A DNA stretch of 64,000 nt, from NCBI RefSeq assembly GCF_001194135.2, contig NC_068994.1:41293894-41357893 (forward strand), read 5' to 3'. Below the pieces are notes generated by a model. That model searched no databases and was not told where the DNA came from. It saw only the letters and a list, made by a program, of their open reading frames with translations. Shown in pieces: positions 14,548-27,782 of this stretch. This DNA is from Octopus bimaculoides (lineage: Eukaryota). The translations under genes were made by a program, and so were the position numbers. Numbering within the stretch: position 1 is the stretch's first letter; each line of letters starts with the position of its first letter.

Positions 14548-14818
14548 CAGTGGCAGATTGGGTCTAAAAATATTGGTTGCCAGGAGATTAAGGGGGTTCA
14601 CCCACAACTACAATTAATTTTCTTTCTTTTTTTTTTCTGTTAAAAATATTGTTTTCAACTGTCTACAAACACAGCCAGGCTGAAATAATTAATGCATTCT
14701 TCCAGGAGTGAATAAAAAATTCTCAAATTTGAGGGGATAGGCTGCCATATATGGATTCTAATGACACAGGGAGCCACTTGCCATCAGGCAAGCTGGCAAC
14801 CTTGCTAGTCCACCACTG
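14548..14818. mobile_element. hAT-type MITE inserted in a SINE
   Basis: The ends are CAGTGGCAGATT and the reverse complement CAGTGGTGGACT. The 8-bp TSD is GATGAAAC (14540-47) / GATGAAAG (14819-26). The SINE sequence resumes on both sides. Confidence 0.7.
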
Positions 14819-15697
14819 GATGAAAGGCAAAGCTGATCTCAGCAGAATTTGAACTCAGAACACGAAGACAGATGAAACACTGTTAAGCATTTCACTCAGA
14901 ATGCTAACAAGTCTGCCAATTCACTGCTTTGGATGAGTAAATATTGAAACTTTTCCCTATTTACTGCCAAATATTCCTTCCCTGTGTATTTCAGTTTTTT
15001 TTTTGTTTTTTTTTTAGATTTCGTTTTTGTTAAGTAGAAATAATGCTTGTCTTAGTGAAACAACAACCAAAATAAATTTAACATAACTCGCAGTTACTCA
15101 GCTTATAAAATTTATGCCCATACTATTTTCTGATTGTAACATGTTCAATCTAAAATAGCAAAATTTATTTCTGTTTACTTGACTAAAAATAAATTCTCTT
15201 AAGTGCAAAACTGTATATCTTTTTGAACTAAGAGAAATATTTTCATGAAGCAAGTATTTATATATTCATGTATTCATGCTTATTTATATTTGTGGATGAG
15301 TTAACTGTTTATTCTCTTATTCCTGTTCAGTTTTCCAAAACATCACTCAATTATCCATGTTTTTGATCAATATAACTAAAAATTGTAGGCTTTCTCCCCT
15401 CTGATCCATCTTCTTCCATGAGTCATTATTGATTACCAGGAGGTTTCTGTCACTGTTGATGACAATATTTTCCTGAATAAATTACTTTATTTGAAACCAC
15501 ATCAGTTCATGTTTGGCGTGTATTTGTCATCTTGCTGTTAATATATCTGTATTTGGTCGTCTTCATTTTCGTATTTCATATTTCATTTCATTTCATTTCG
15601 TTTCTTCATCAGTAATGGATTGTCTCCAGTAATATTTCAAGCCATGTTAAACAGACTATTAATCTTATCTTTTAACTATTAAATTTTCAATTAATAG

Positions 15698-15793
15698 GTT
15701 TGTGAAATCACAGTAGAGCGAAAAGAAATTACTCTTCTTGGAGCATGGAGATTCAGTGAAGAAGCTTATAGTAGTAGTGAAATAGAAACATAA
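15698..15793 (+). CDS. Candidate exon VCEITVERKEITLLGAWRFSEEAYSSSEIET*
   Basis: Acceptor ttttcaattaatag and a protein-like composition. No good donor. Confidence 0.2.
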   Translation, partial: VCEITVERKEITLLGAWRFSEEAYSSSEIET

Positions 15794-17580
15794 ATGATGA
15801 TGATGATGGTGATGACGATGATAACGAAGACGACGACAATGACAACAATGATGATGATGATGGTGCTACAGAAAGAATTGTTCATTGCTTGACTGAATAT
15901 GGTCATAAGCCAACCTATAAAGATACTATTTTAATAAACTGAAATGGTAATCTAAGTCTTGCTATAGTTTAAATAATAGTTTATTTGAATAGTTGATTTA
16001 ATTCCATCCAAGCTGAATATGTTTGAATGAAATATTTGAATTCAAACTCTTATTGAGCTGTTTAGGAGTAAACTTATGTCGCAACTAGCAGCAAAGTAAT
16101 TATATTAAAGATGAAGAGAAAACGAGAATAAGATGATGGAGAGAATAGAGATGGTAAAAATAAGAGATGTCAGGTGATTGGTTTTATCAAATTAAGTAAT
16201 TATATTTCTTGGGAAATGTTGAATTGGGAAAGTGAAGAATTGGTCTGCAATAAACAATTGAATTATTTTCCAACACTGTCATTTAATTAGATATTGCTTT
16301 TTTTGTTTTGTTTTATTTTATTTTAATTGTTTATAATGCCTTTATTTGCTTGGTTTGCTCTGTCTTAATTCTTATACAGTAAATGGTTTGTTGGTGGAAG
16401 CAGCACTATTAGGCAGCATCAAATTTAGTCTAGCAGTCATCTAGTGAGGTCTGAAGCCAATATCATTGACACATAATTAGATTGAGTAAACTCCCATCAG
16501 ACTATAGATGCCAAAATGTGTGTCAGCAGACTTCTTTTTCCTCAATTGATTCTGATGGAGATTTTGAAGATAACAAGAAACAGCACTTGTTAAAACATCA
16601 TTGAGAAAACAACAGTGACAGAAATAATGGTCCGTCATTACTTAGATTGGAATCTCTGTCAAAAAGAACCCTTTGTGTCATTATTTCTTTGACTAATAAC
16701 TTGTTTCTATGGCTACTTGACTGTTATTTGTATCTAACGGGCAGGTAAAAATCAATAGTTCCAAAATCTTATTTTCTCTTTTGGTTTTGATTCATACTCC
16801 TACAAAACTAAATAAGATAAAATAAAACAACATATAAGAAACAACAAGAACAGCAACGGTAACATTAACAAATTCTAACAATGCTATTTAAATTAGAAAA
16901 GATAATTTCAAACAGTGTTTTTATGTACTTTGTTTGCAAAAACAGTTAAACATTAATCAAAGATATTAATTAAAGCAACCATCCTAATCATAGGTTTGTA
17001 GAAATTTTCAGAAAAGCTACTTCAAAATTGCAATTCTGAATTGCACTCTTTTTTGCATTGCATAATTGCAGTAATTTAATCTGAAGCTTCTGCCGATAGT
17101 AGGATGCATAATAGAGGCAAGTTAAAGAACAATACGTAGGACAATGTTAGGGAGATGCTCAGTCTCTACATAAGGAAATGAATCTAAGGTATTTATAGAT
17201 GTATTCAGAATTCAATGCAAGTTTGTGTTTTTTATCTTTCTTCCTAATCAAAAACTTTCTCAAGCGTTTCATTGGTGTTTGTTTCAGCTATTGTACAATT
17301 TTACAGTAGATACGACCAGTAACTCAGAGGTGTTTGCTTTCTGCAGAAATAGAAAAATGCAGATAATTGAAAAGATTTAAAGAAGCAATAGATAAACAAA
17401 CACATAAACAGAGAGCTAAAGAATGTTTTTAATGTAAAGGAGGAAGAATTGTTTGCACATGTTCAGAAAATATTTGCATGGAATCATGGAATGTATTTAA
17501 GGAAAGCATTTAAATAAGCAGCATTTTAGCATCTGTTATATATATATACACACACACACATTCATACATACATACATGCA

Positions 17581-17664
<84 letters not shown>

Positions 17665-18681
17665 TAATTGCATGGGTTGGATAGGTTTGCCATACAGAAT
17701 ATTACTGATTGCCTTGGTTAGTTGGTTAGTCATCTCTGTTTATTTTCTGAGAAGTTCAGCAAAAAGATTGAGTTTATAAACATTTATATTGATGGAGTTA
17801 TACACATAGTGTAGTTAGAAATTATAAAATTAAATTGATTACTTGTTGACAATGAAAATGTATGACATCATCATAGTTGTTGTCATCACTGTTGCTATCA
17901 TCATATCATCATCATCATAAGCAGCAACAATAACACCACCAACAAGACTGGCATAACCATCTTCATCATCATCATTGTCGACATCGTCATCATCATCCTC
18001 TTCCTGATCCTCATCATGTATATTAAAACAAAAATGTCAGCAAATGTATGATAGAGCATTGAGCTGAATATTTTTTTACAATTTGAGCTCAAATCTGCAA
18101 AGATCAACTGTGTTATTCATTCTTCTGTGGTTAAAAAGACAGTAAAGTAATGGTGAAGTAGTGGGGTTCATACAACTGACAAATCCTTCTTTAACCATTT
18201 TCTAGTTTTGTACCTATACAGAAATTACTAACAACATTCATCCTACTATATACAGAGTTTATATCCAGATGGGATATAAACTTTGTATTTAATCTCGAAA
18301 GATTTAATAAAATAGCCAGTTTGTTCTGATGTCAGTGCAATTATATGCAATCTTCTTCAACAAAATTGTGACCTTATAACTATGTAAAAAAAAATCAATA
18401 TGTTACAGATATTCTGTTATTTAAAATTCTACTGTCAGGTACAGAGATTAAATATCTGTTTCAGCAATATATTGTAACAAATTTCAAGTCAGACCATCCT
18501 CAATAATTAGTCCTCAGCAGAGCCGAGAGAACCACCATGTGATTGTTACAGATGTTGGAAGTAGTTGCTTAATCACCATCATATCACAACTTACTTACTG
18601 GCCATTAAAAGGAAGTACATGTTCTACAATGTAATTTCAGATAAACAAAGAACAAAAACAAATAATGATGATGATGATGAT

Positions 18682-19630
18682 AAAACATGCTGATGTGAAC
18701 AAGAAGCACACCCATCAGTGGCTACGAAACTCAAGGCTAAAGGTAGAGAGTGAAGGCTGTATCTTGGCTGCCTAAGATCAGAGCTTATTGACCTATAACT
18801 ATCAAGCCAATCTGATGAAAAATGGTGTAGACCCAAAGTGCCAATACTGCAACGATGGGATTGAAACAGTGGACCACCTAATCTCTTTAGCACCTGTAGA
18901 ATAAAAATCAAGACATGACAGAGATGGCCAATATCTACATTGAATAATGTGTCAGCATTATAAAATCAAAACTGCTGATAAATGGTACAAGCGCCACCCT
19001 GAGGCTGTAACTGAGGAAGAAAATGTAACGATTCTTTGGGACTTTCCAGTATGTACAGACTGGACCATCCAAGCAAATAAACCAGATATTGTTGTGTAAG
19101 ATCAACATAGTAAAAGCTATTTATTGATTGATATGAGCATATCTTGCGACTATAATATCTTGGCAAAAGAATTTGATATGCTCAGAAAATACAAAGACTT
19201 GGTAATCAAAATGGAAAAGATGTGGCATCTCAAGATGGCTACAATGCCAGTGATTGTAGGAACACTTGGAATGATCAAAAAAGGAACTGAAAATTATTTG
19301 AGAATGATCCCTTGCTTACCTTTCATGCGGAAGTGCAAAAGATTGTCTTAACTGGTGCAACATATGTACTGAGAAGAGCATTGTGGCTGTGAATTTTCTT
19401 TCCCTTTTCCCTCACCTTTATTTCCATTGTTTACTTTCTATTTTTTTATTTTTCTCTATGTCTTTCTTCCCCTTTTTCTCTATCACATGACTTTGTAAAT
19501 GAACAATTTGGTGTGTTTATTTTAATGGCATACCAATTTATAGAGTGTGTTGCACTGCAATAGGTGTCAGGAAGACACTTGGCAAGAAAGGGAAACAGAA
19601 TTGAAAGAAGATAAGGAAAATAATAATAAT
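18682..19630 (+). mobile_element. 5'-truncated R4/Dong-clade non-LTR retrotransposon (zinc knuckle plus restriction-like endonuclease), inactivated
   Basis: Reads HQWLRNSRLKVESEGCILAA*DQ...DPKCQYCNDGIETVDHLIS...RHD...ILWDFPVCTDWTIQANKPDIVV*D...LIDMSISCD...KYKDL...PVIVGTLG, with stops and frameshifts. The 3' UTR ends in (TAA)n at 19621-30. Confidence 0.9.
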
Positions 19631-20356
19631 CCTTTCTACTATAGGCTCAAGGCCTGAAATTTCGGAGGATTATATTTCTCACTTCTACTTCATTTGAATC
19701 AGTGTCTAACCATTTGTCAGCAGGTGGACCATTTTTGTGAACAATATTATATAAATATCTATCTATTTACTTACCAACTTAACTACTTACCTATCTACAA
19801 TAAACTTGAATCTACTTTCTGTATAGAGACCCCCATTAGTATGTGGTCTGCTTTGTTTGTAACCTTACCTTAATAATAATAACCTCAATTTAGCCTTTAC
19901 ATATTACATACAGATCTGAACTACAACAGCAGTTATAACAGTTTCCTAAAAGGCAGGCTTAATAGCAGTTATAATGGTTTCCTACATAGATTGAAAATAT
20001 GTAAGAGTTGGTTAATAATATTAATACACACCCCACTGTTTTCACTCCATATTTACTATTTACTATGTGGAATCAAGATGGATTTAAAGCACAATCAACC
20101 CTAGTAGCATTTGAAATCAGAATGCAGAGGCATTTATTTTAGTGATATTATTCACACTCTACCATCTTTGTATTGGTCTGCAACAATATTTACACTTAAA
20201 GAAATATCAATACCAATATAGATAGTAAATCTTTATGATTCTAGATTGCTTTTATCATTTGAAGAATTATTTTGAGATGTTCTTTACCATTATATACTTA
20301 AAAGTACTCTCTTCTTCACTCTCTATATGTATAAAGATGTATGTGCATCTGTGTAT

Positions 20357-20389
<33 letters not shown>

Positions 20390-21514
20390 CACACAATATA
20401 CACTCATACACACACACATATATATATAAATACATATACATATACCCATTTACATACAAACACACATATTTATATATTTAGGAAAATATCAATGACTTTA
20501 ACCTTTTCAGTGGGTTTATTGCGAAAATCTTGATTTATCTTTATTGAGGTTTTCCCTAAGAGCATGCTAAAAATGTAACAAACACCTCTACTATGAAAGG
20601 TCTAGTTCTTGGAACTAGGATATTTCAATATCCCTCTCTTATTTTCAAAATATTAGCTGAAAAGGTTAATTTCTAGTCGACGGCTTTACCGATATTGATA
20701 ATACATTTATTTTTTTCTCTGCATTTCTCATACTTTACACACTCATGCTGTCATTAATAGGATAAGACACTATTGCAAGCTTATCATAAACTATTTTTGT
20801 TCATCCCAATACTTGAAATAAACTCATCATGATGGAACTGTTATCAGGAAGATTCCGTACTATCAGCAGGATTCTGTGTTACAACGAAATGAATTTGGAT
20901 TCTTTCCACCTCTATTGCCTCAAACAAGCTGCAAGTTATTACAGAACTCACACCATTACTTGAATATAGAAGCACTCTTAACTTGCCATTCCTGAATCAA
21001 AGCTAATTACATTTATGGTCACAGCAGTATAACCAGACTGCTTAGGTCAGTGTATATTAACAAGAGTTTTTCTCCATGAATATTGCTAAACAGATTCTAA
21101 AGTAAAATCTCTTCCAGGTTTGGCTCTGAAGATAAAATATCTCAGCATTAAAATCTACCTATTGATGTGCTTAAGAAATGATTTTAATTAAATTAAATAA
21201 GAAATCTTATATGAATGAATATCTATATAGTACTAGAAGGGGAAAATGGCATTAGTTTAAAATAGGATATTGTTCTTAGAAGTGAACAGATGGAAGAAGG
21301 GAAGATGATGTCAAACAGACCCTTAGCTATATAAAATCTATATTTCTTGCTATAGTGCTTGCTTTTAGATGCACAGTGTGACAATTTTACTTCAGCTCTT
21401 ATGCATATATATTCTAGTATTCTTTATTCTTACCTCTTTTTCTTTTCTTTCTTTTTTTTTAGGTTAATCAAAATTACAATTTGCATTTTCCCTGCTTGTA
21501 TTTTGAAAGAGAGA

Positions 21515-21537
21515 AAGAAAAGGCGAGAGAGCGAGAG

Positions 21538-21589
<52 letters not shown>

Positions 21590-21778
21590 NNNNNNNNNNN
21601 NNNNNNNNNNNNNNNNNNNNNNNNNNNNNNNNNNNNNNNNNNNNNNNNNNNNNNNNNNNNNNNNNNNNNNNNNNNNNNNNNNNNNNNNNNNNNNNNNNNN
21701 NNNNNNNNNNNNNNNNNNNNNNNNNNNNNNNNNNNNNNNNNNNNNNNNNNNNNNNNNNNNNNNNNNNNNNNNNNNNNN

Positions 21779-21815
<37 letters not shown>

Positions 21816-21877
21816 CAGATAGACAGAGGTAGAAAGACAGACAGAAAGAGAGAGCAGCAGAGAGACAGACAGACAAC

Positions 21878-21967
<90 letters not shown>
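21515..21967. repeat. (GA)n spanning an N-gap, followed by (GATA)n
   Basis: Direct inspection. The gap is 21590-21778. Confidence 0.95.
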
Positions 21968-21969
<2 letters not shown>

Positions 21970-22958
21970 TATTTTCATATATTTCCCAGGTGAGACATTG
22001 CTACAAACTAAAGGTTGAAACAGCCTATTAACCTTAGATTCTGTGTTGTTTGTACTATACAATAACAGGAAAACTAAAATTTATTAGTCCAGTTAACATT
22101 TGCTATTAAATTATACATAAACATAAGGCACAAAGAGATTGAACATAATTAACCAGCAAACCAGAGAACTGAACTGGAATCTATTCAACTGTAAACCAAT
22201 TAAATATGAAACACAGTCGTTTGTTGTCTGGTTTTGTTGTTTCAGTTCACCTATGTAAACCAAAACAGTATCTTAATTCTTCATCATAACTTTGACCAAA
22301 TTATTTAATATTAAGCTATTCAATTTTAAGCAATTCACTTCTCATACCCAGACAATAGCATGAATGGAATATGTTTGTATGTTTATAGTTAATGTGCTCA
22401 TTGAGTAATTAACATGCAAACATACATGAGTAAAAGTCAATATTATCCATAACAAACTCAGCTTAGAAGAAAAGCTTTGATTATCAGAAAACTTCACGTG
22501 TTGAAACTGTTTGTGAAGGTTTAATAAATTATTTCTATCTTGGTAGCATAAGTAAAATGAAAGGCCTTTGCAAGGCTGTAAAATACCACAGTCATGGTTC
22601 AACAGGAGCTTGTTTTTTTTGTTCTAATATTTAGTATTTAAACCATCTATATCAGGCCCAAATAATCTACCTGTTTTATGTTTAAACTGGCCAGATCAAA
22701 CCTTTTACACCTATCCTACAATGCCCTTCTAAAAATATGCTATCACATCATCTAAATCTCAAAGCTACAAGATAATGCTTCATTAATTTAAAACAATGTA
22801 AATAAGCAAGAATGACATTTGATTCAATAACGGGAATGCTAAAAGTTAAGGCAAAACACAATAAGTTATTTCTTAGTTTATTAGGAAGGATCACAATCCA
22901 TTATAGAAGTACAGGACATGACTAATACTTATTTTATGAACCCTATAGTATGGGATCG

Positions 22959-23302
22959 TGAAGGTGCATGGCTCAGTGGTTAGAGCATCGAGCTTACGAT
23001 CGGGAGGTTGTGAGTTCGAATCTCGGACCAGGCCGTGTGTTGTGTTCTTAAGCAAGACACTTTATTTCATGTTGCTCCAGTTCCCTCAGCTGTTGAAATG
23101 AGTTGCGACATCACAGGTGCTAAGATGTATTGGCCTTTGTCTTTCCCTTGGATAACACTGGTGACGTGGAGAGGGGAGGCCAGTATGCATGGGCAACTGC
23201 TGTTCTTCCATAAAGAATAACCTTGCCCGGACTTGTGCCTGAGAGAGTAACTTTCTAGGTGCAATCCCATGGTCAGTCATGACCGAAGGGGGTCTCAGCA
23301 GC
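22959..23302 (+). mobile_element. Full-length tRNA-derived SINE (family A)
   Basis: A box TGGCTCAGTGG and B box GAGTTCGAATC, with a 12-bp TSD AGTATGGGATCG (22947-58, 23303-14). The anticodon-like loop reads TAC here and CAC in the 57.7 kb copy, suggesting a tRNA-Val origin (inference). Confidence 0.9.
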
Positions 23303-23399
23303 AGTATGGGATCGAGATGTGGAGATATTAAAAAAACCATACTGAAGAAAATCTAGAATCTCAACAACCACTGCCTCAAGAATTAATCGGAATCCATTG

Positions 23400-23635
23400 A
23401 AGGCTAAAAAAGAAAAACTGCAATATAACCTGGTGGAAGCAAATCTAGTTGACTCCCAGTGACATGGTGATCAATCAAAAGAACTGGTATTGGATTATAC
23501 ACTTTCAAAAAGTCCCAGCACAGCATCACCAAACAGTCCTTCTGAAAAAACCCTCAAAACAAGGGGAAGAAAGAGAAAACCAAAGTGTCCCTGGCGTCAT
23601 AACCTAAAGAATGAAATAAGAAGATCTAGATAGAG
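23400..23635 (+). mobile_element. Degenerate RTE-like ORF C-terminus
   Basis: KTRGRKRKPKCPWRHNLKNEIRRSR* resembles the RTE motif G.R.RGRPK.TW...L..E. Confidence 0.45.
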
Positions 23636-24314
23636 CTGAGGGTAATATTTTCAGATCACCAGAAAAATATCTATAAAAATGGTGCCACTTAAAAAGTACC
23701 CATGCTGGTCCTGTGTTAATGCACCCATGCTGGTGACATGTAAAAAGCACCCAGCATACTCTGTTAAGTGGGTGGTTTTAGGAAGGGCATCCAACTATAG
23801 AAACTACGCCACAACAGACAACTGGAGTCTGGGCAGCTCCATGCTAGCCAGCTCCATGTCAAACCATCCAACCCATGCCAGCATGGAAAGCAGACGTTAA
23901 ACGACAACGATGACGATGATGATGATGATGATGACATTCATATTTCTAGTTCTTACTTTAATTGGATTTTCACATTAAACATTATATTTTTCTGTATGTT
24001 TTAGACAATGCTTAATGCAATGTGATATTGAAAATATAGAGGTTTCCAGCTTGTTGGAGAAGACTATCAATATATCTTTGCAGTTTTTGCACGATTGAGT
24101 TTCTAACCAACATACCATCAATGTATTGCAAAGCTGTATGACAGAACATTTACAAGGTTTCAGGTGACTGATTTCCTTTAAAATTAATTGAAAACTGTTG
24201 GAAGATTGGTTGGTCAAAAATCTCCACTCACAACTCTTTTATATATCAGCTGGTGTTCGTTCTATTAATCACTATTAATTACTATGAGAACGTTAACCAG
24301 GTTTTCTCTTGCAG

Positions 24315-24364
24315 TGCATTACAGAATGGTTGAGCTTGCTTACTTAGATGATGTCATTGTCATG
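24315..24364 (+). CDS. Candidate 50-nt exon, xHYRMVELAYLDDVIVM, product unknown
   Basis: Strong acceptor ggttttctcttgcag and donor ATG|gtaaca, with one open frame. Alternative reading: a Gypsy RT YLDD relic. Confidence 0.3.
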
Positions 24365-25009
24365 GTAACATTGTTATCAGAAAAGATAGATTAAAAATAT
24401 AAAGTAAAATCAAAAATTTATTACAAATATCTATAGAAGAAAGGAAATCCGTTTGAATATTTTCCAATGAATACTTAAAACTATTTGGTTGCTAAGGTCT
24501 ACTTGAAACCTGATCGCCCAGTTCAGTCAAATTTTAAATTCTAATCCACGAATGGGCTTCATTCTAATTTCATGCTGAGGTCTAAACCCCACGTGAATAT
24601 CAAGTGATAATACTGCTTTTATTTGCGCCTTTCAAAGAAAGATAGACAACAAGAAAGCAAAGAAAGAAAGAAAGAAACTTTGGATAGAATAGACTAGTAT
24701 TCCAGTTTGCATAGAAGAATAGACTATGCTGTCAGAAATTCTGATAAGCAGTTGATAATATTTTCTGAGGTGATCACAGAAGGCCAAGTGTAAAATATGC
24801 AAGTACACTGTGAGGCAGAGGTATCTGCAGAGATCCCTGGATGGTGAGCAAGTATGATCATTTGTAAAGGACAACAAGGGTTACTAACACCTTTAGTGTC
24901 AAGAGACATTTATGCTACTTGAAAAATATGTGACCACATCATCTGCAAGAAAAAAACAGCCTAATCTCCCATAAATTTCACCCATGAGATTTTTTTTTAA
25001 AAAGAAACA

Positions 25010-25430
25010 GAAAAATTGGTCTCAAATTTTGCAACTAAGTCAGTAATTTTAGAGGAGTAAGTTGATTACATTGACGCCAGTTTTCCGCTGGTACTTATTT
25101 TGTCAACCCCAAAAGCATGAAAGCTAAAGTCAACTTTGGCACTATTTGAACTCAGAATGTAAAGATAGATGAAACGCCACTAAGCATTTTGTCCTGTGTG
25201 CTAACAATTCTGTCAACTTACTGCATTAGAAATACAGAAATATTTGTGTCAGATTTTGGCACAAGGCCAGAAAATTTAGGGGAGGAGAAAGTTGATTACA
25301 TTGAGCCCAGTGCTCAACTGGTACTTACTTTATCCACTCCAAAAGAATGAAAGGCAAAGTCAACCTCGGCAGAATTTGATCTGCAAGTGGATAGATTCAT
25401 GAAATGCTGCAAACAATTCTGCCAAATCAT
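25010..25430 (-). mobile_element. Two tandem family B SINEs
   Basis: Two successive reverse-complement cores. Confidence 0.75.
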
Positions 25431-25729
25431 TGCCTAAAAACACAGAAATAATAATTTGATAATGTAATTCCAGATATGCAATATTCCACCATAAAAACGT
25501 TGGGATGGTCATAGATGAAATGCTTTTCAATAATAGGTCTGTTTAGTCAGGGATGAAATGAAGCTGAAACAGCAAAAACAGCAACTGGGAAAATACAAGC
25601 TGATGATATCACTGTAATTTGTTTTACTAAAGAGAATGAAAGGTTTTCGGTGGAATACATTAGGAGTAGTACCTTTGTAAACTTGTTAACTGTTCTTCTT
25701 CAGATGTGGACCAGAGCACTGGACTCTAA

Positions 25730-26300
25730 CTATGACACAACTCCCATTTATGGCTCCCAGAAGCTGGTAGTGAACATTGATGGCCACCCAACAAAACTTC
25801 ACTTTGGCTAGTGATTAAAACTAAGTAGGAAGTATTAGCAATCCCAGAAGCATTGCTGAACAAGGGACAGCACCCTTTATGTGCACAAAGACTGAAATGG
25901 CTGATGTGGTAGGATCCATTTATGGTCAATGACTAAGAAGATATGACAGCAAGCTGTGTGGTGCATCTAAAGTTACACTCTGAAGGAATGGATTGGGACC
26001 CCACCATGTATATAATTGTACCCATAGTAAATTATGGATCTTAGACTACCTGAATGGAGAGCCTTGATATTCAGCATGCTGAGAGCAGATGATACCTAAG
26101 AATAGAAAAAGAGAATGAACAATGGTTTCCTAAAAGATGCAAAAAATTCTGAGATTCTTCTGTCGACATTTAGGAGTAAGATTTTGAACAACTTTAAGAT
26201 ATTTTTGGTTTAACAGTGTGACCAGAACAATCTTTACAAGAGCTGAAAAAGATTATGTGTACTGCTCCTGCTCTTCTGATTAAGCCACTAAAATATGAAA
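25730..26300 (+). mobile_element. Possible Gypsy pol relic
   Basis: LVVNIDGHPTKLHF (protease-like) and PEQSLQELKKIMCTAPAL (RT-RNaseH linker-like), heavily decayed. Confidence 0.4.
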
Positions 26301-27031
26301 GTAGAAAAGAAAGAACAGACATGAGGTCAGTGGATCATATTCTACTCCTTGCTATAAAGAGGTTGTTGTCACCTTGACCTATAACTTTACTTCAAATATT
26401 AAAGAGTCATACAAATTTTTAGACTATTCATATACATACAACTTCATCTTAACTTAAACTTTGTTTCATAGTGTAAAACATTAAATTTGAAAAGAAGTTA
26501 AAACTAGATTGTATAATGGTGCTTTAAGAGCATAATTATAAAAAAAAGAATCGCAATTTTTCAAATATATGTTGCATTCACCTACCTCATGCTGAGAATT
26601 TGGCATGGCTGACTGGACAATGAACCTGCTTCAATAACAGTAATTTTTGGCCCTGGAGGCAAACACACAAACACACACACATGAATATCCATCAGACAAG
26701 GACTATCTTGTCATCCTTGAGAATGACAATTGACTTGTATGTTGACTTTGTTTAAAAGAAGAGTCACAATTCGTTAACCTCACTCTCTCATCTGTGACCA
26801 TCTCCAATCCATTACCAAGACCAGATCAAAACGAGTGGAGATGGAGATGGATACAGTACCAACCAAATCCTTGTGAATGGCTTTGGTGGATAGAAAATGA
26901 ATATATATATAAGTCAGTAAATGGTGGATTTGTGTAAACCGCACGTGGAAAAATAATAAGAAAATAAAAAATAATAATAATAATAATAAGGCAGAATGCT
27001 AAGCTGAAAGCATATTTTAATATAGACGTGA

Positions 27032-27359
27032 ATGGCAAATTTTCAAGAAGAGGGGCAATGAAAATAATGATTTTTACAAAAGAGTCCAGAACTCCAACTA
27101 AAGAGTATAAAACCCAAAGAATTGTCTTCCCATACACACACTTCCTGTTTAACACATAAACTCTCAGCCTTTTTTTAACACAACACGATTCTTAATTCCA
27201 TGCATCCTAATCTATCTAACAATTATCTAAATGGATTACCATTGAACTTAAAAAATTCAAAGACAATATAATGTATTGGTATGTTCATTTTTTTGTATAT
27301 TTTTTATATTTTTGTAAAAAACATTATTTTCATTTCCCCTCTTCTTGAAAATTTGCCAT
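27032..27359. mobile_element. Fold-back/MITE-like element with 49-bp inverted arms
   Basis: 27032-27080 matches the reverse complement of 27311-27359 with 2 mismatches. No clear TSD. Confidence 0.7.
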
Positions 27360-27432
27360 GCAACGAAAGCTGGTTAGAAATCCTTTTTAATCCTCCTTAT
27401 GCACATCTATATTAAAATATGCNNNNNNNNNN

Positions 27433-27506
<74 letters not shown>

Positions 27507-27700
27507 TATATATAGATAGATGTATATATACACATACATTCATTTTCTGGTATAGGTTGGATGGTTTGACAGGGGCTGGCTAAGCAGAAAACTGCATCAT
27601 GCCTCACTGTCTATTTTGGCAGGGTTTTTATGGCTGGAAGCCCTTCCTAACACCAACTACCTTACAGAGTGGACTACCACCTTACATATATATATATATA

Positions 27701-27780
27701 CAGGGTGTCTACAAGGTCTAGGTACATGGAGTAAATAAAATCATAGCATAAACAATTAGATATAAGAAATAATAATTTCT
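27701..27780. mobile_element. Truncated Tc1/mariner end
   Basis: TA|CAGGGTGTC start, as in the 56218 element. It is interrupted by the 27783 cassette. Confidence 0.45.
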
Positions 27781-27782
27781 TA

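Noticed and set aside
15540-15615. Minus-strand CTGATGA followed by several GAAA
   Set aside because: The GAAA hits come from a (GAAAT)n pentamer repeat, and there is no stem II.
22963-23035. tRNA gene
   Set aside because: The A and B boxes are present, but the acceptor and anticodon stems do not close, and the head continues into a SINE body with a TSD.
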